The notes below the pieces were generated by a model. That model had not been told where the DNA came from. It did no database searches and saw nothing but the letters and a program-made list of their open reading frames with translations. DNA of 51,946 nucleotides from Octopus bimaculoides (lineage: Eukaryota), in contig NC_068981.1 of NCBI RefSeq assembly GCF_001194135.2, positions 75,800,490 through 75,852,435 on the forward strand, written 5' to 3'. Shown here one piece after another: positions 12,133 to 24,215 of this stretch. Position 1 is the stretch's first letter. Every line of letters starts with the position of its first letter. The translations under genes were made by a program, and so were the position numbers.

Positions 12133-13858
12133 TAATTTTATCATGACCATAAAGGCCTGACATACAGGGGACAAAACATGGACAGACAAACACATATATG
12201 GGGGCAGAAAAACAAAACAAATGAGAAATGAAAAGAAAAAAAACATAAAAGGATGGAACGGCGGCCGCTCGAAACCCCACTTCCCATTGGGTCTTTTTTA
12301 ACACAATTATTATTTTACTCATTAACAACAGTTTTTATATTCCTCTTTCGTACAAGTCTTTTATACTTACAATTTCAGTTAAATTCATCCCAGTTGTATC
12401 CACTTGATTCACAACTGCCATAGTTTAACTTTTAAAATCGGTCTCATTCTTCTCTTGTAGTCTATAATCTAGCTCCTTACCAATAATCAAACTTCTCGCT
12501 CCAGGGCATTGGTCATGCTACTCCACCTCTATACCGTCCTTTGCATTGTCTAACTCCATCATCGTCTGTTTATTATTCTTGTAACACAAAATAAGGTACT
12601 GCTTTTCTTGAGGTGGGGGCTGGGACGTTTTTAGTGCTGGCATGAATTTATGTGTTTGGGGAGGAGCATGGTCAGGGTAGGTGTTTGATGGGGTAGAGCG
12701 AGAGCTGGTGCTTGCGGGAACGGGTTGAGGTAGAGTGGGGCAGGTTGGGGGAAGGGTGGGATCGGGTTGGGGTTCTTTTTCCTTTTCTCCCTGTTTGTCC
12801 TTTTGGTCACCTCTGTCCACTTCTCTGTTGTTTCCACCTGTTCAGCTGGTTCCTTGCTGCAATCTTCTACCTTTGATGTCACGAGTGAAGGTGCTTTCTC
12901 CACCGGAGTTACTTTTTGTAATTTTGCAGGATGGGGAGGGCATTGGTCTCTTATGTGGCAAATCTGGCCACACTCGTCCTCCTACCCTCCACCATTAGCC
13001 TCAACTTTCTTTCTCCTACCATGATGGTGTCCAAAATATTATCCAGTGTATCTGGGGCAGCCTGGATAACAATTTCCAGGCTTTATCCTTTCTCGATTCT
13101 CACCAGTATTCTTACGGCCTGGAGAAATGTCACTATCTCTCCAGGTCCAACACTATCGCCGCAATCAACCATACAGCGTCCACCTCTGGTGGTTTCTCCT
13201 CCACCCTCACCTTGCACGTCTTCCAAGGTAAGAGGGTGGGAGGATTATCTCATCTATCGATACTGAGGCCACAGAGTGTTGCTTGGCCTTCTCGTCTGTG
13301 AAAAAATACACCTCCACGGTAGCAAATTTGGTACCTCTGGCAAGGTATATCATATCCGACCAGATGGGCGCCAAACACTTATCAATTTCTTTCCTCTTTG
13401 CTACGTTAATGCATTTTTATTTTTTAATGAACGTTTTGAATATTACTGTTTTTTTTGTCTACGTTCTGAGCCACGTCGCCGGGAGGGGATCAATCTTATT
13501 TGATGCCCCTTCCTCAACAACATATTTCCATACGTTTTCAACTCCTGCAGTTTGATTTAAAAATTTTTCCTTTTAGGTTTGGTTACATTCGCAAAATTCT
13601 ACTTTTGATTTGTTTCTCTCTTCTGCAATCCCTCCTCCATATTAGTTAGCACTTCACTAGCTTACCCTCCGACGAATTCATGTCGGAAGAGCTAATTACG
13701 CCACACTTCATTTTTCAATCACACGCTTCCCCCACTCAAGCAAGGGGAACAACGACAACAGTCCCGCTCGCGCGGAAGAAACAAGGTGTCCAAACGCACA
13801 TAAAATAAGAAGCTACGAAGCTTACCAACCTTAAATAACAACGTCGAAAGCCGAAAAA
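12133..13858 (-). mobile_element. Tx1/L1-type element A: 5' UTR, disrupted ORF1, T-rich 3' UTR; ORF2 absent (HAL1-like architecture)
   Basis: SDMIYLARGTKFATVEV (~13310-13360), LDTIMVGEKK, knuckle remnant CGQICHIRDQC, low-complexity tail (ORFs 12518..12820 and 12631..12903). A T-rich segment ends ...GATAAAATTA. Bracketed by 15-bp near-identical repeats at 12118-12132 and 13859-13873. Confidence 0.75.
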
Positions 13859-13873
13859 GGACAAATTTCGAAT

Positions 13874-14157
13874 GCCAGGAACGCAGTTCAAGTTGAATTT
13901 TATACCCATAACCTCCACGAGATGCCCGTGCATTTCGGTTTACATAACAATTCTTTGCGATTGCCACCCTTGGCATTCAACACAGCTGCGTTTTGGCGTC
14001 TCATTTCAGGGAAGTTGAAAGGTTACCTGCAATTTGGGTCTCAGCCATAAACCAGCATGTCGAGGAATATTTACACGTGCATCCCCGAAAAAATTTTTCA
14101 GAATTTACCATATAAAAAGGATATTTGAAAAGATCGCGTTTCTTTTGCGGTTCAGTG
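13874..14157 (-). mobile_element. ~285-bp Tc1/mariner-like terminal sequence, shared with 45258-45523
   Basis: About 80% identical (by eye) to 45258-45523. The minus strand begins TA|CACTGAACCGCAAAAGAAACG, like a TA-flanked Tc1-type TIR. No partner TIR found in the window. Confidence 0.5.
13898..13904 (-). promoter_or_regulatory. Candidate TATA box (GGGTATAAAA) 31 nt upstream of the first base of the 15-bp junction motif
   Basis: TATAAAA starts at 13904 on the minus strand. The A of GGC|ATTCG (Inr-like) is at 13873. Absent from the 45-kb copy because of a deletion. Confidence 0.3.
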
Positions 14158-14728
14158 TATAAATGAAATTACATACGGGTGCTTATATGTATTTATGTGT
14201 CTGTTTCTGTGTGTGTGCATGCATACATGCATGTACTTGCGTATGTATGTGTATATGTATGTATATATTTACGTACTTATCAGTGTTTCCATGTGCATGT
14301 TTGTAACTCAAATTAGCAGGGAAAGAACTGCCTCTAAGAACCGAATGAGTATGACATATGTTAACAAATTAGATACAAACACGAATAATAGAATACACGA
14401 CAAAGTAAAAACTAATGCCAAAATCGCATTGCACATATAATATAAAAAAAAAGGAGGCCATTAATATTCTAACAAATATGTTCTATGTCACTTTTATCTC
14501 GACATAACATACATTCATATTTGTCAAAATGAAAAGTATAACAATCCTATCATATTTAAAAGCTAGTCTCATTCAGAGTTCGTATTCAATTGAGTGGCAT
14601 CCTTTTCTGCTAGCTTAATGTTTTCTTCATTCTCGTTAATTTCTTTTAGTTTTCATTTTCTGAATGAGTAAATTTCTTAGCGTACTGATACGGAAATCTA
14701 TTCTATATATCACAATGAACTTGTAAAA

Positions 14729-14850
<122 letters not shown>

Positions 14851-15699
14851 TATATATATACATCGATATCTACATGTACATACGCACGCACACACATTTA
14901 TGCACACTATATATATATACATATATATATACACACACACATACATATATATGTGTATGTAAGTATGTGTGTACTTGTATGTACATGTGCGTATGTTGAA
15001 AGTTTGCTAATTACTTTTTATTTGTGTTTTTAGTTTGAATTCCCTTAATTCTTCAACATTTATTTAAATCCTTAGTTTAAGATGTAGCTCAGAAAATGAG
15101 GGGGGAATATTTTTTTAACGTTAAAATTTTTTTCTCTATTTTACATCACAATTGTTTCGATTTATCAAGAATATCTTCAATCATGCTAACACATAATTCA
15201 AATTAAAAACTGTTACATACATCAGCATGTATGTATATGTTTGTTGGCTGCATACATATACACACACATTCACGTATTTTTAGGGCAATATATGCGCTCT
15301 TTTCCTTCCTTCCTTATCCGCTCCCACGCACTCCTGCGGACCCATATGGGCATACATTCACATCCAGACCCACATAGCATACAGGCTCATACACACACAC
15401 ACATGTGTGTATGTTCGTTTGGCTGTGAAATGTTATACTGATTGTTTTCTCATGCAAAAAACATTCTTCTATATATACAAAAATTTTCTAATTGCTAAAA
15501 CTTTAAAAAAAAAAAAACTATTATGTTGAATAAATTTTAGTTTCGTGTAAGATGATACTAGAATTTCCTTTACCGCATTTTCTATTTCGAGACATTAAAT
15601 AGCAGTACATTGCCTTCTTTCTCTGTGCAGTATTACATTAATTTATGATATAAATTGTTTCTACCGCAAAGGGAAACGATGAAGAAAGTTATTTGCGTG

Positions 15700-15897
15700 G
15701 CAGAATTGGATTCAAATTTTGGCACAACGTAAGCAACATCGGGTGAATGTGGAGTAAGTTGACTATATTGACGATAGTGCTCATTTCGTACTTATCTTAT
15801 CTACCTTGGCAGAATTTGAGCTTTGGACTTAAACGCAGACATATTACCGCTAAGAATTTTCCTCGAAATACTAGCGATTGCACCATTTCACCGCCTT
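15700..15897 (-). mobile_element. Old degenerate copy of SINE family B
   Basis: Degenerate match (gtacttatcttatc..ggcagaatttgagc..caccatttcaccgcctt) to the adjacent copy and to 48862-49065. Confidence 0.45.
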
Positions 15898-15984
15898 ATT
15901 GATGTTGCAGTGTTTTTTTCTGTTCTGTATTATACCTAAAGCAAAATTTCATTTTGACATAAAATGTTTGTTTCAAATTTTGCT

Positions 15985-16175
15985 AGTACGTCAACAATTT
16001 TGGGAGAGGGACACGTCGATTACATCGACTCTTGTAGTACTCAACCAGTACTTATTTTATCGACCCCGAAAGGGACAAGAAGCTAAGTCAACCTCAGTGG
16101 AATTTGAACCTAGAACGTAAAGAGAGACAAGTATTTTTTCCCGAGGTGCTACAATCTCTGCCAGCTTACTTCCTT
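15985..16175 (-). mobile_element. tRNA-type SINE, family B
   Basis: cagtacttattttatcgaccccgaaagg..gtcaacctcagtggaatttgaacctagaacgt. The minus strand shows a B-box-like GGTTCAAATTCC; reverse-complement similarity to 48862-49065. Confidence 0.7.
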
Positions 16176-17902
16176 ATCCTTATGGAAGTATTATTATTTT
16201 TTTCTGTATTATGCTTGATTATTTTCAAGTAACTTATGATATTTTATTTAGCCTCTCATTTATAGTAATCTCTCGAAACAACACTACAGTATCAATTTCA
16301 TGTTAGAAATAGACGCATATAATATGTTTGCTTCAGACGCTTTGCTTTTCAACGAAAAACAAAACCTCAAGTCACAAACGTTTATAGAAATATTTTCGAG
16401 AAGAAAATTACATTTGTGGCATTTGAAACTTTTTCTGTAATTAACACAGAATATTCCAGCCTGTCACTAAAAGCCTGCTTTATATATTTGGCGATTATTT
16501 CCTCAGAGAAGTTTACTCGAATATTTCAATTCATCTTTTTTCGTATGTATCTTTAAGAAATGATGGCTTCGAGGCACAGACAATTTCATTTGAAATCGGC
16601 TTGGAATGAAAAATTGAGCTGAAATTTTGCAGCTGCCGTAAATCATTTTCATTGAATTTTGGAATATATCCTTAATTTCGAATATACTGAAGCACATAAT
16701 AACATATAACTAGTACACTACTTTATCTCGACAAAACAAAATAGGACGCAGGTGAATAATGTGTTAGCAATAATCGAATAGTATAGTTATTTGTTTCAAA
16801 TCTAACAACAACGAAATGCAGTTAAAGAGGAATATTTTACATAGACATAAATCTTTTAAGAAATACTGTTTAGGCAGAATAACAAATGATACTAACACTT
16901 GCAGACCTAATGTTAAAAGAAACTATATTGATGTAAAATTATCATATTAATGCATCCTCTTAATCGTGTGTTGCAACAATTGTGTATTAACATTTAAGAG
17001 TAACTAAATTTAAGGATATACTTGCATAATTAATATGCCATCATATTTTTAGCCAGTAAGTAATAGTGTTAAATAATTTCTTTTCAAAAGCCGGCTTAGT
17101 GATATCCTTAACTGGGGCAGCACAAGTAAAGTACACATACCTTCCTAAAGACAACTAATTTTCAGTACAGATATACACTTGCTACAAGAGCTGCATATGA
17201 ACAATGCAATAGTTTGGCACTCATCAATTTCACATATGCTTTCGTATTATTTGCTCCTTAATTAGCGTTTACTACAGTTGACGGATGTTTTATAAATTAT
17301 TCATATGATCTGATAGATCATTGAAGAGATCTGCATAGTTAATATATCCCTCCAACAACTACTAAAACCGAAATTCTAAGAATAAACTTACCCCACCCTC
17401 TCGAAACAAGTAAATAGAAACTGTGTAACAGGAAGGAATTTCAACCATGTTTCGTGGTCTGCTACCACAACAGCTCCTTTATAGGATCCAGTTAGCTCAA
17501 GACATCATCAGGAGGAACCACGTCCGGTTTCAGCCCCTACTCCTCTACCGTTTTGACGTGGCGGGGCCACCCCCTTTCGGAGGTGTCTTCAGCTCTGGTG
17601 TTGGGTGCATGTCTTCTTTCACCGTTCTAGATAAATTTTTAAAAATTGCCTTATCATTTACATGTTTAACTTATAAGGAAATATCTTCAAGACCACCGAC
17701 AGAACAAAATGATACCATCATACAATGCAATTTGCATTGTTTCCAGATTCCTAAATCATTACCATCTTTTCTTTCTAACTACTAACTTAAAGGAAGCCTC
17801 CTCTTCCACTTTCTCTGTGCTTCACCTCTCCTCCATTTCCTTCCTTTCCGTCATCATCACGCTTTTCTTATTGTATCGTATTTTAGTGTTCCATATCAAA
17901 TG

Positions 17903-17905
<3 letters not shown>

Positions 17906-17941
<36 letters not shown>

Positions 17942-17951
17942 ACACACACAA

Positions 17952-18028
<77 letters not shown>

Positions 18029-18050
18029 CATACACACATACATATGTACA
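17906..18050. repeat. (CA)n microsatellite
   Basis: Direct inspection. Confidence 0.95.
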
Positions 18051-18373
18051 TATATCAAACGTCTAAAACATAAAGTTGCCTCTTCGACAGGGAAAAACTT
18101 TCAGGATCTGAACCACACCTTTCCATTTACATGTAATCATTGACGAAAGAATTCACAATTGAACATCAAGAGTAGCAATGTATCCCACTAGGTGGACCTG
18201 CGATCATTTAATGTCTACTCTTCTCTAATAGCAAATAAATATATCAGGTTCGGAAACCAACTAAATTTAGTATTTTGAAATGACTTATTCTGGCTGTAAC
18301 ATAAGGGATAAACTTGTTTGTAACACTACCGCTGCAATTATTCAAACAAAAGACTTGAAGTTATATATATACA

Positions 18374-19653
18374 CAGACATGCAGGAAGTAAATAGACACG
18401 TTTAATTTTCAAAATCTTTTATTTAATATGCGAAGCGCACAATTGAGATGTAATCGATAGGGAGGACTACGTACTTCAGTATTTAGTTGATATTTCTTTT
18501 GCAGTTTTTAATTCAGAAACTCTTTTGGGCATCGAACTGATGAGCTTTGTGATTGTCTCTAGTGGAATTTCTGCCCACTTTACACGCAACAATCGAAACA
18601 ATTCATCTTTAGATTTTGGTTTCTGTCGAGTTGTTCGTATAGCTCTCTAGTATGCTCCAAAGATTTTCAATTGGGTTCATATCACGAGATTGGTTCAACC
18701 AAGGAAGCTTTTTGATCCCATTTTTAGTCAGCGATTGTTGATTCCTTTTCGCTATGTGGCATGGCGCCCCATCTTCCGTGAATCCATGAATCCATGAATA
18801 AAAACTCATTTTTCGTTATGTTATCGTGTGAATACATCGGACGTAGTCCTTGCTTAAGTATTTCGATGTATTTTTCAGAGTTTATGGCTTCAACATATTC
18901 GATCAGCGTAGAACAGCCATTGATGGCTGGTGACAGCTCCCCATATCCTTACAGATGTACCGTCATGTTTCACAGTTGGTTGGAATCGTTTCAAATCAAA
19001 TTCTTGATTGGGGGGACTCCAGACCCAAACACGTCCACTGTCTGAAAATAATGCAAATCTGTATACATTTGAGAAAATCATTCTATCCCAAAATGAACTG
19101 GATTTATCTGACATCTCCTTAGCACATTTATTTCGTTTTATGATATTAATTGATTGCAGGAGAGGTTTTCTTCTAGCTGCTCGTCCATAATACCCAAGCT
19201 TATGCAGATATGTAAGACGCGTTCTTGGCCTAACTTCTAGCTATTTTACAATGTCAGAGGCCTTCGGACAGGGTTCGCTTTCCGCACTTCTCTTCAAACA
19301 GCGAAGCTGCCTTTCTGAAGGCTCAGGTCGGCCGGGAAGAGAATCTATTGATTCTTTTCCTTGGCTTTTGAATTGCACTATAATTTTATTAACTGTAGCG
19401 AGAGAAATTTGAAGATTTCCTGCAATTTTTCGCTGGCTAAGACCAGCCTCAGATTGCACAATAATACGACTTCATTGAAAATATAACAGTTCTTCTGAAT
19501 ATTTTGTTCGTGGCAAATGTTTAATATAAAGGCACGTGGAATGAAAAAAATGAATCACTATATTGTAAATTCTACACCGCTTAAAGCATATTAAGAGGCT
19601 TAGATCAGAAAATTTTGAAAATTAATGGTGTCTATTTACTTCCTGCATGTATG
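18374..19653 (-). mobile_element. Full-length, inactivated Tc1 (DD34E) DNA transposon
   Basis: ~42-bp TIRs (acatgcaggaagtaaatagacac..ttaattttcaaaat) at both ends, in TA-rich flanks. Transposase pieces: HTH QRKIAGNLQISLATVNKII, GRAARRKPLL, RVWVW, and EDGAPCH..WLNQSRDMNPIENLW with 34 residues between D and E. Several frameshifts and stops. Confidence 0.92.
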
Positions 19654-19940
19654 TATATATATACTTGTTTCAGCTGCTATGTGGGTGCCGTCATCGAGAA
19701 TTTAGTCACAGAAATGAAACATAGTAGTTATATTTTTATGTATTATACTCATTCACTTTGTCTTTTTTGCTACAACTCTTCGATTCGGGAATCTAAACAT
19801 GTCGCTAGAGAGATAGATAGATAGATGGAAAGAAAGACACACACACACACACACANNNNNNNNNNNNNNNNNNNNNNNNNNNNNNNNNNNNNNNNNNNNN
19901 NNNNNNNNNNNNNNNNNNNNNNNNNNNNNNNATATATATA

Positions 19941-20146
19941 TATGGGAGAATTTACGAAAAAAACAACAGACGAGGACAGGTGGTGTAAACAACAAAATGA
20001 TGTATTAGTATAACGCTCGGGAATAGAGAAAGTATTCAACGTTTCGAGCTACGCTCTTCAACTGAAAGGAACACAGAAAGAAATAAGAAGAAAAACAAGG
20101 AGAAAATATATATAAATGTAGTGGTCAGCGATCTATCATGGCGAAT
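19941..20146 (-). repeat. Second copy of the 8225-8500 repeat
   Basis: Close match to 8293-8500; motif TTGAAGAGCGTAGCTCGAAACGTT on the minus strand. Confidence 0.8.
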
Positions 20147-20166
20147 GCCGAATAGAAATATATATA

Positions 20167-20332
20167 CGACGGGCTTCTTTCAGTTTCCACCTACCAAACC
20201 CACTCACAAGACCTTGGTCGGCCCGAAGTTATAGCAGAAGACACTTATCCAAGGTGCTGCGCTGTGGGACTAAATCCGTAACCATATGGTTGGTAGGCAA
20301 GCTACTTACCACACAGCCACTCCTACACCCAT
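20167..20332 (-). mobile_element. tRNA-type SINE, family A
   Basis: Reverse-complement match to 51763-51917; A-box-like TGGCTGTGTGGT; ends in ..GAAAGAAGCCCGTCG-(TA)n. Confidence 0.85.
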
Positions 20333-20361
20333 AACATATGCATACACACACATACAAATAG

Positions 20362-20510
20362 ATATACGGCGGATTTCTGCATTGTTTCTACCTTCGAAAA
20401 CCTTTCAAAAGCATTGGGTAATCCAACTATGCGCGACGTATTGTTCCGACGCGCTGACTCGGAATTCACGTTGCTGCGAACCAAGCTTTTTAACCAAACA
20501 AACACATGCT
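20362..20510 (-). mobile_element. Older degenerate family A SINE
   Basis: tggttaaaaagcttggttcgcagcaac..ggtagaaacaatgcagaaatccgccgtatat aligns loosely with family A. Confidence 0.45.
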
Positions 20511-22049
20511 TGAATATTTCCCCCGTATGAGTGGTTGCTTATCTTTAAGATTTTGTGGACGGAAATAGGGATTATTATGTGTCATAGCATAAAGGGATAA
20601 ATAGGGCCAGAAGGTGAGAAATAATTGATAATTGTAATTTTTTTTGAATGAACGTACGGTAGAGAATATGATGGTAGATTTAAATAGATGGAAACATGTT
20701 GTGATTGGGAAGGGTAAGAGAGGTTGAATATTTTGTGGAACTATATGTAGTGAATATAGATACATTTGGGCCAAGTAAAAGATAAATAAAAAGCTTTGAA
20801 AGAAGAACAGATCTAATGAATAGAATGCTTCGCACAAAAAACAAATATACAAAAGTTTGGTGATGTATAAAATGTTGATAACAATATATATATATATATA
20901 TATATATATGAAGAAGAGAAAAAGCAAGAGAAAGAAGGGGAGAAAATATCGGAAGAAGATAAATAACTTGGATAATGTTATTCAAAGCAGTGCTTATATC
21001 TTTCTAGTTACATCCGGCTTCATTTAATTCAATAGATGCCTTCTATTTGCATTCATAGATGGTTTTAATCCGACTGATTCAGTATAAAATTATTGATCAT
21101 AAATATTGAAAATATTACAGTCCCTAAAGTAGTCGGAGTAGTCGGTTCATCTTGTAGATGTCATTTATAAACACACACACACATACGCACACACACACAC
21201 ACTCACACACACATGCTCACACGCACACACACATATATGCGCACACGCATATATGTATACGCATACATATAAATATATATAAAGACATACACATATTTAA
21301 ATCTCTATATATATACACACACACACATATACATATAATGTAAATAATACAGGAGACATTCACAGAAATACACGACAGTTAGTTCATTTATATGATATGC
21401 ATATAAACGGATTAAGGATGTGAGTGGGAAAATTTTAAAGGAATGCTTTTTTTTTTATTCCATTACATTTCGTGCCCTTAGACTACATTGATTAGTAAAT
21501 GTACGAACTAATATATTTCTTTAAACTGATGAACTTCACTAGGAACAATTTGGTGCGTAGAATACCAATTTAGTGCATGGCTGATCATAGGTCAATGAAT
21601 CGCTTGTTTTGCTTGTATTTTGCCTCGCAACAAAGATTTTAACACCGGAAGAAATAACGAAATACTGTCTCTAAAATTACACACTACAAAATAAGATATA
21701 CATTTACACACATATTCCAGTAAAGATATGAATGTGTTCAAATATTAATAATTTTTTATTACAACTTTTCCATAAACTCATTTTTGACGCTTCCAGAACT
21801 TCATATATTCATTTTCAAGAATTTAAATCAATTAGACATCCACTTTGCCGTTTATATACTGACTGAATATTTTGTAGACTTTTCTATTAGTTTTGTTGTC
21901 CTTGAAGCTTCCACAAAGTAGTCACATGTTTTAGAATTAGGTTTTCTTGTTCTTCGCCACACCTAATTCTTTTTTTCTGCTGGAGTTATATTTCGGTATT
22001 GCATTTCCTTATAGGTTTTCATTCATTATTGAAAAAATACTCATCCTTA

Positions 22050-23738
22050 ATTCATTGTTTTATGAAGAATATTTTAGAGTGTGTCAGATTCTTTATCCTT
22101 TTTCTACGTAGATTTGTTTTGCGGTGTGTGATGTAGAGTGTTGCGATTGCACATTGTTATTAATGCATGACTGTGATACTAGTATTCGCCAATGTAGCAT
22201 TGAGAGTTGCTTCGTTTACAACTTTTGTTTTCAAAAGGGTGATAGTAGGTTACCCTGTTCATTAGCAGCTTCGTCTTAACTTTACATGTTTCTGATGTTC
22301 TATTGATAAGAAGGTTCTTGGTTTTGATCTTGTTAAAATATCTTTTTAGTTTATGAGCCTGCGTGATGCATTTGAATTCTATGTATTTGCTTGTTCGATT
22401 TTTGTTATACGTTTGATTCAGAGAATAAAACAAATGGGTGATTTGTGTATTTTATATGATGTTCACTGTGATATAGTTTTTGCATTGTATTTGAAGCTGT
22501 TTTCTTTTATAGCACGGTCTAGTAGTCTATAATTAATGTTTATTTTATTCTGCGCTTCCCTTTCTCATCTGTATTGTATTTGGAGGAGAATCTAAACTTT
22601 TCGCTTAAAAGTGATTTTTTCACTACTGACGTTTATAGCTGTGGGGGCATTCACTGTTTTCAAGTAGGTATATGATGTTTTGTTGTTTTCAATTTGTATT
22701 TCTATATCAAAAATGATAAAATCATTTGTCTTATTATGGATGTTAAATTTTGATATGGTGATCTTTTCTATATTTCCTTTTCGGCTTTCTACGACCTTTA
22801 TTTTAACCATTATCTATAGTTTACGTATAGGATATATATTTTATGTCTTTAAGCATTTTCCTTTTCTATGTAATGTGTAGAAAGAATGCAGAAAATATAG
22901 GCTGTGAAGGTCTGCCTATGGTTACTCAAACAATATAGAAGAAAGGCTAGCAAAAATGTACCTCAGTCGTACACGTCATCACTAGTTTTAAAATAAGTTT
23001 GCTGGTATGGCTTGTTGCTATATTGTTGAGTGCTTATATACATTCTCTATTATGATTCCTTTCGTATTTGCAAATGGGACATTAACCTATAAGCTTTCTA
23101 CATTTAATGTGATGATATATATTGTATTGGCTTCTTTATAAATCTGTACAACTTCCTCAGATGATCATAAGCTATATTTCTCTTTTACATATTGCTTGAT
23201 AATTTTTTGTATTTTTTTCGAACTTGATTGGGTAGGTGTATTTCGTTGAGATATTATAGATTTTATTATACTATATATATATATATAAGCAATGTTAAAT
23301 CTCTGAACGAGGTATTAACAGTAACTGCACCATAAAGTGAAGTGGCAAATATACTTCACTTTATTTATATATATATATATATATNNNNNNNNNNNNNNNN
23401 NNNNNNNNNNNNNNNNNNNNNNNNNNNNNNNNNNNNNNNNNNNNNNNNNNNNNNNNNNNNNNNNNNNNNNNNNNNNNNNNNNNNNNNNNNNNNNNNNNNN
23501 NNNNNNNNNNNNNNNNNNNNNNNNNNNNNNNNNNNNNNNNNNNNNNNNNNNNNNNNNNNNNNNNNNNNNNNNNNNNNNNNNNNNNNNNNNNNNNNNNNNN
23601 NNNNNNNNNNNNNNNNNCATATTCAAAAGAGACAGAGACTTCAAATTCGATATATCGATTTATTCACCACTCTATGTTAACATTTCTGTGAATTTGAAGT
23701 CTCTTTTGAATATGAAATTTAAAAGTTTAAAAATCTTA

Positions 23739-23788
<50 letters not shown>

Positions 23789-24100
23789 TGGGAAGAATTC
23801 GCATTTCATGCACCGAAATAAGGTGATCATATTTGTACAATATTGCTCTCATTAGATTTTTACTTCTACTATAAGTCGTTTGGTGTTGTGGTCTTGATTT
23901 TAGTGAATTTCATGTCGTATCTGAATAAAGTTTTAATTTTTGTATTGTATTCTTTGTCTATGTCAATGCAAATATGTTACTTTTGTCACTTTCAAAATGT
24001 TTTATGGTCTTATCTTTAAGTCGTGTGCAGGTAAAAGTATTTCAATTCTTTAACATAAGATCATAAATGCCTGAAAGGTTTCAATATGGGTTTCAGAGAT
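22050..24100 (-). mobile_element. Decayed PLE spanning RT and GIY-YIG endonuclease, interrupted by (TA)n and an N gap
   Basis: Motifs in order: DKSNIF/DKEYNTKIK..MKFTKI, KSIISQRNTPT, TLNVESL*VNVP, GVTIGRPSQPIFSAFFLH, FIIFDIEI, LLDRAIK, and NRVTYYHPF..C..CYIGE (GIY-YIG-like, ORF 22179..22433). Confidence 0.72.
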
Positions 24101-24215
24101 TCATTTTTCTAAACTTTCTCCAACAAACAGGTGAAACAATAAGAAAAAATCTGGCACACAGTCATGACTATTGAAATTCATAAAAAATCTGTTCCGTATA
24201 TAAACGTGTTATATA

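Noticed and set aside
18060-18170. FTCNH*RK, possible zinc finger or RTE C-terminus
   Set aside because: Second Cys is a stop, His ligands are missing; not distinguishable from chance.
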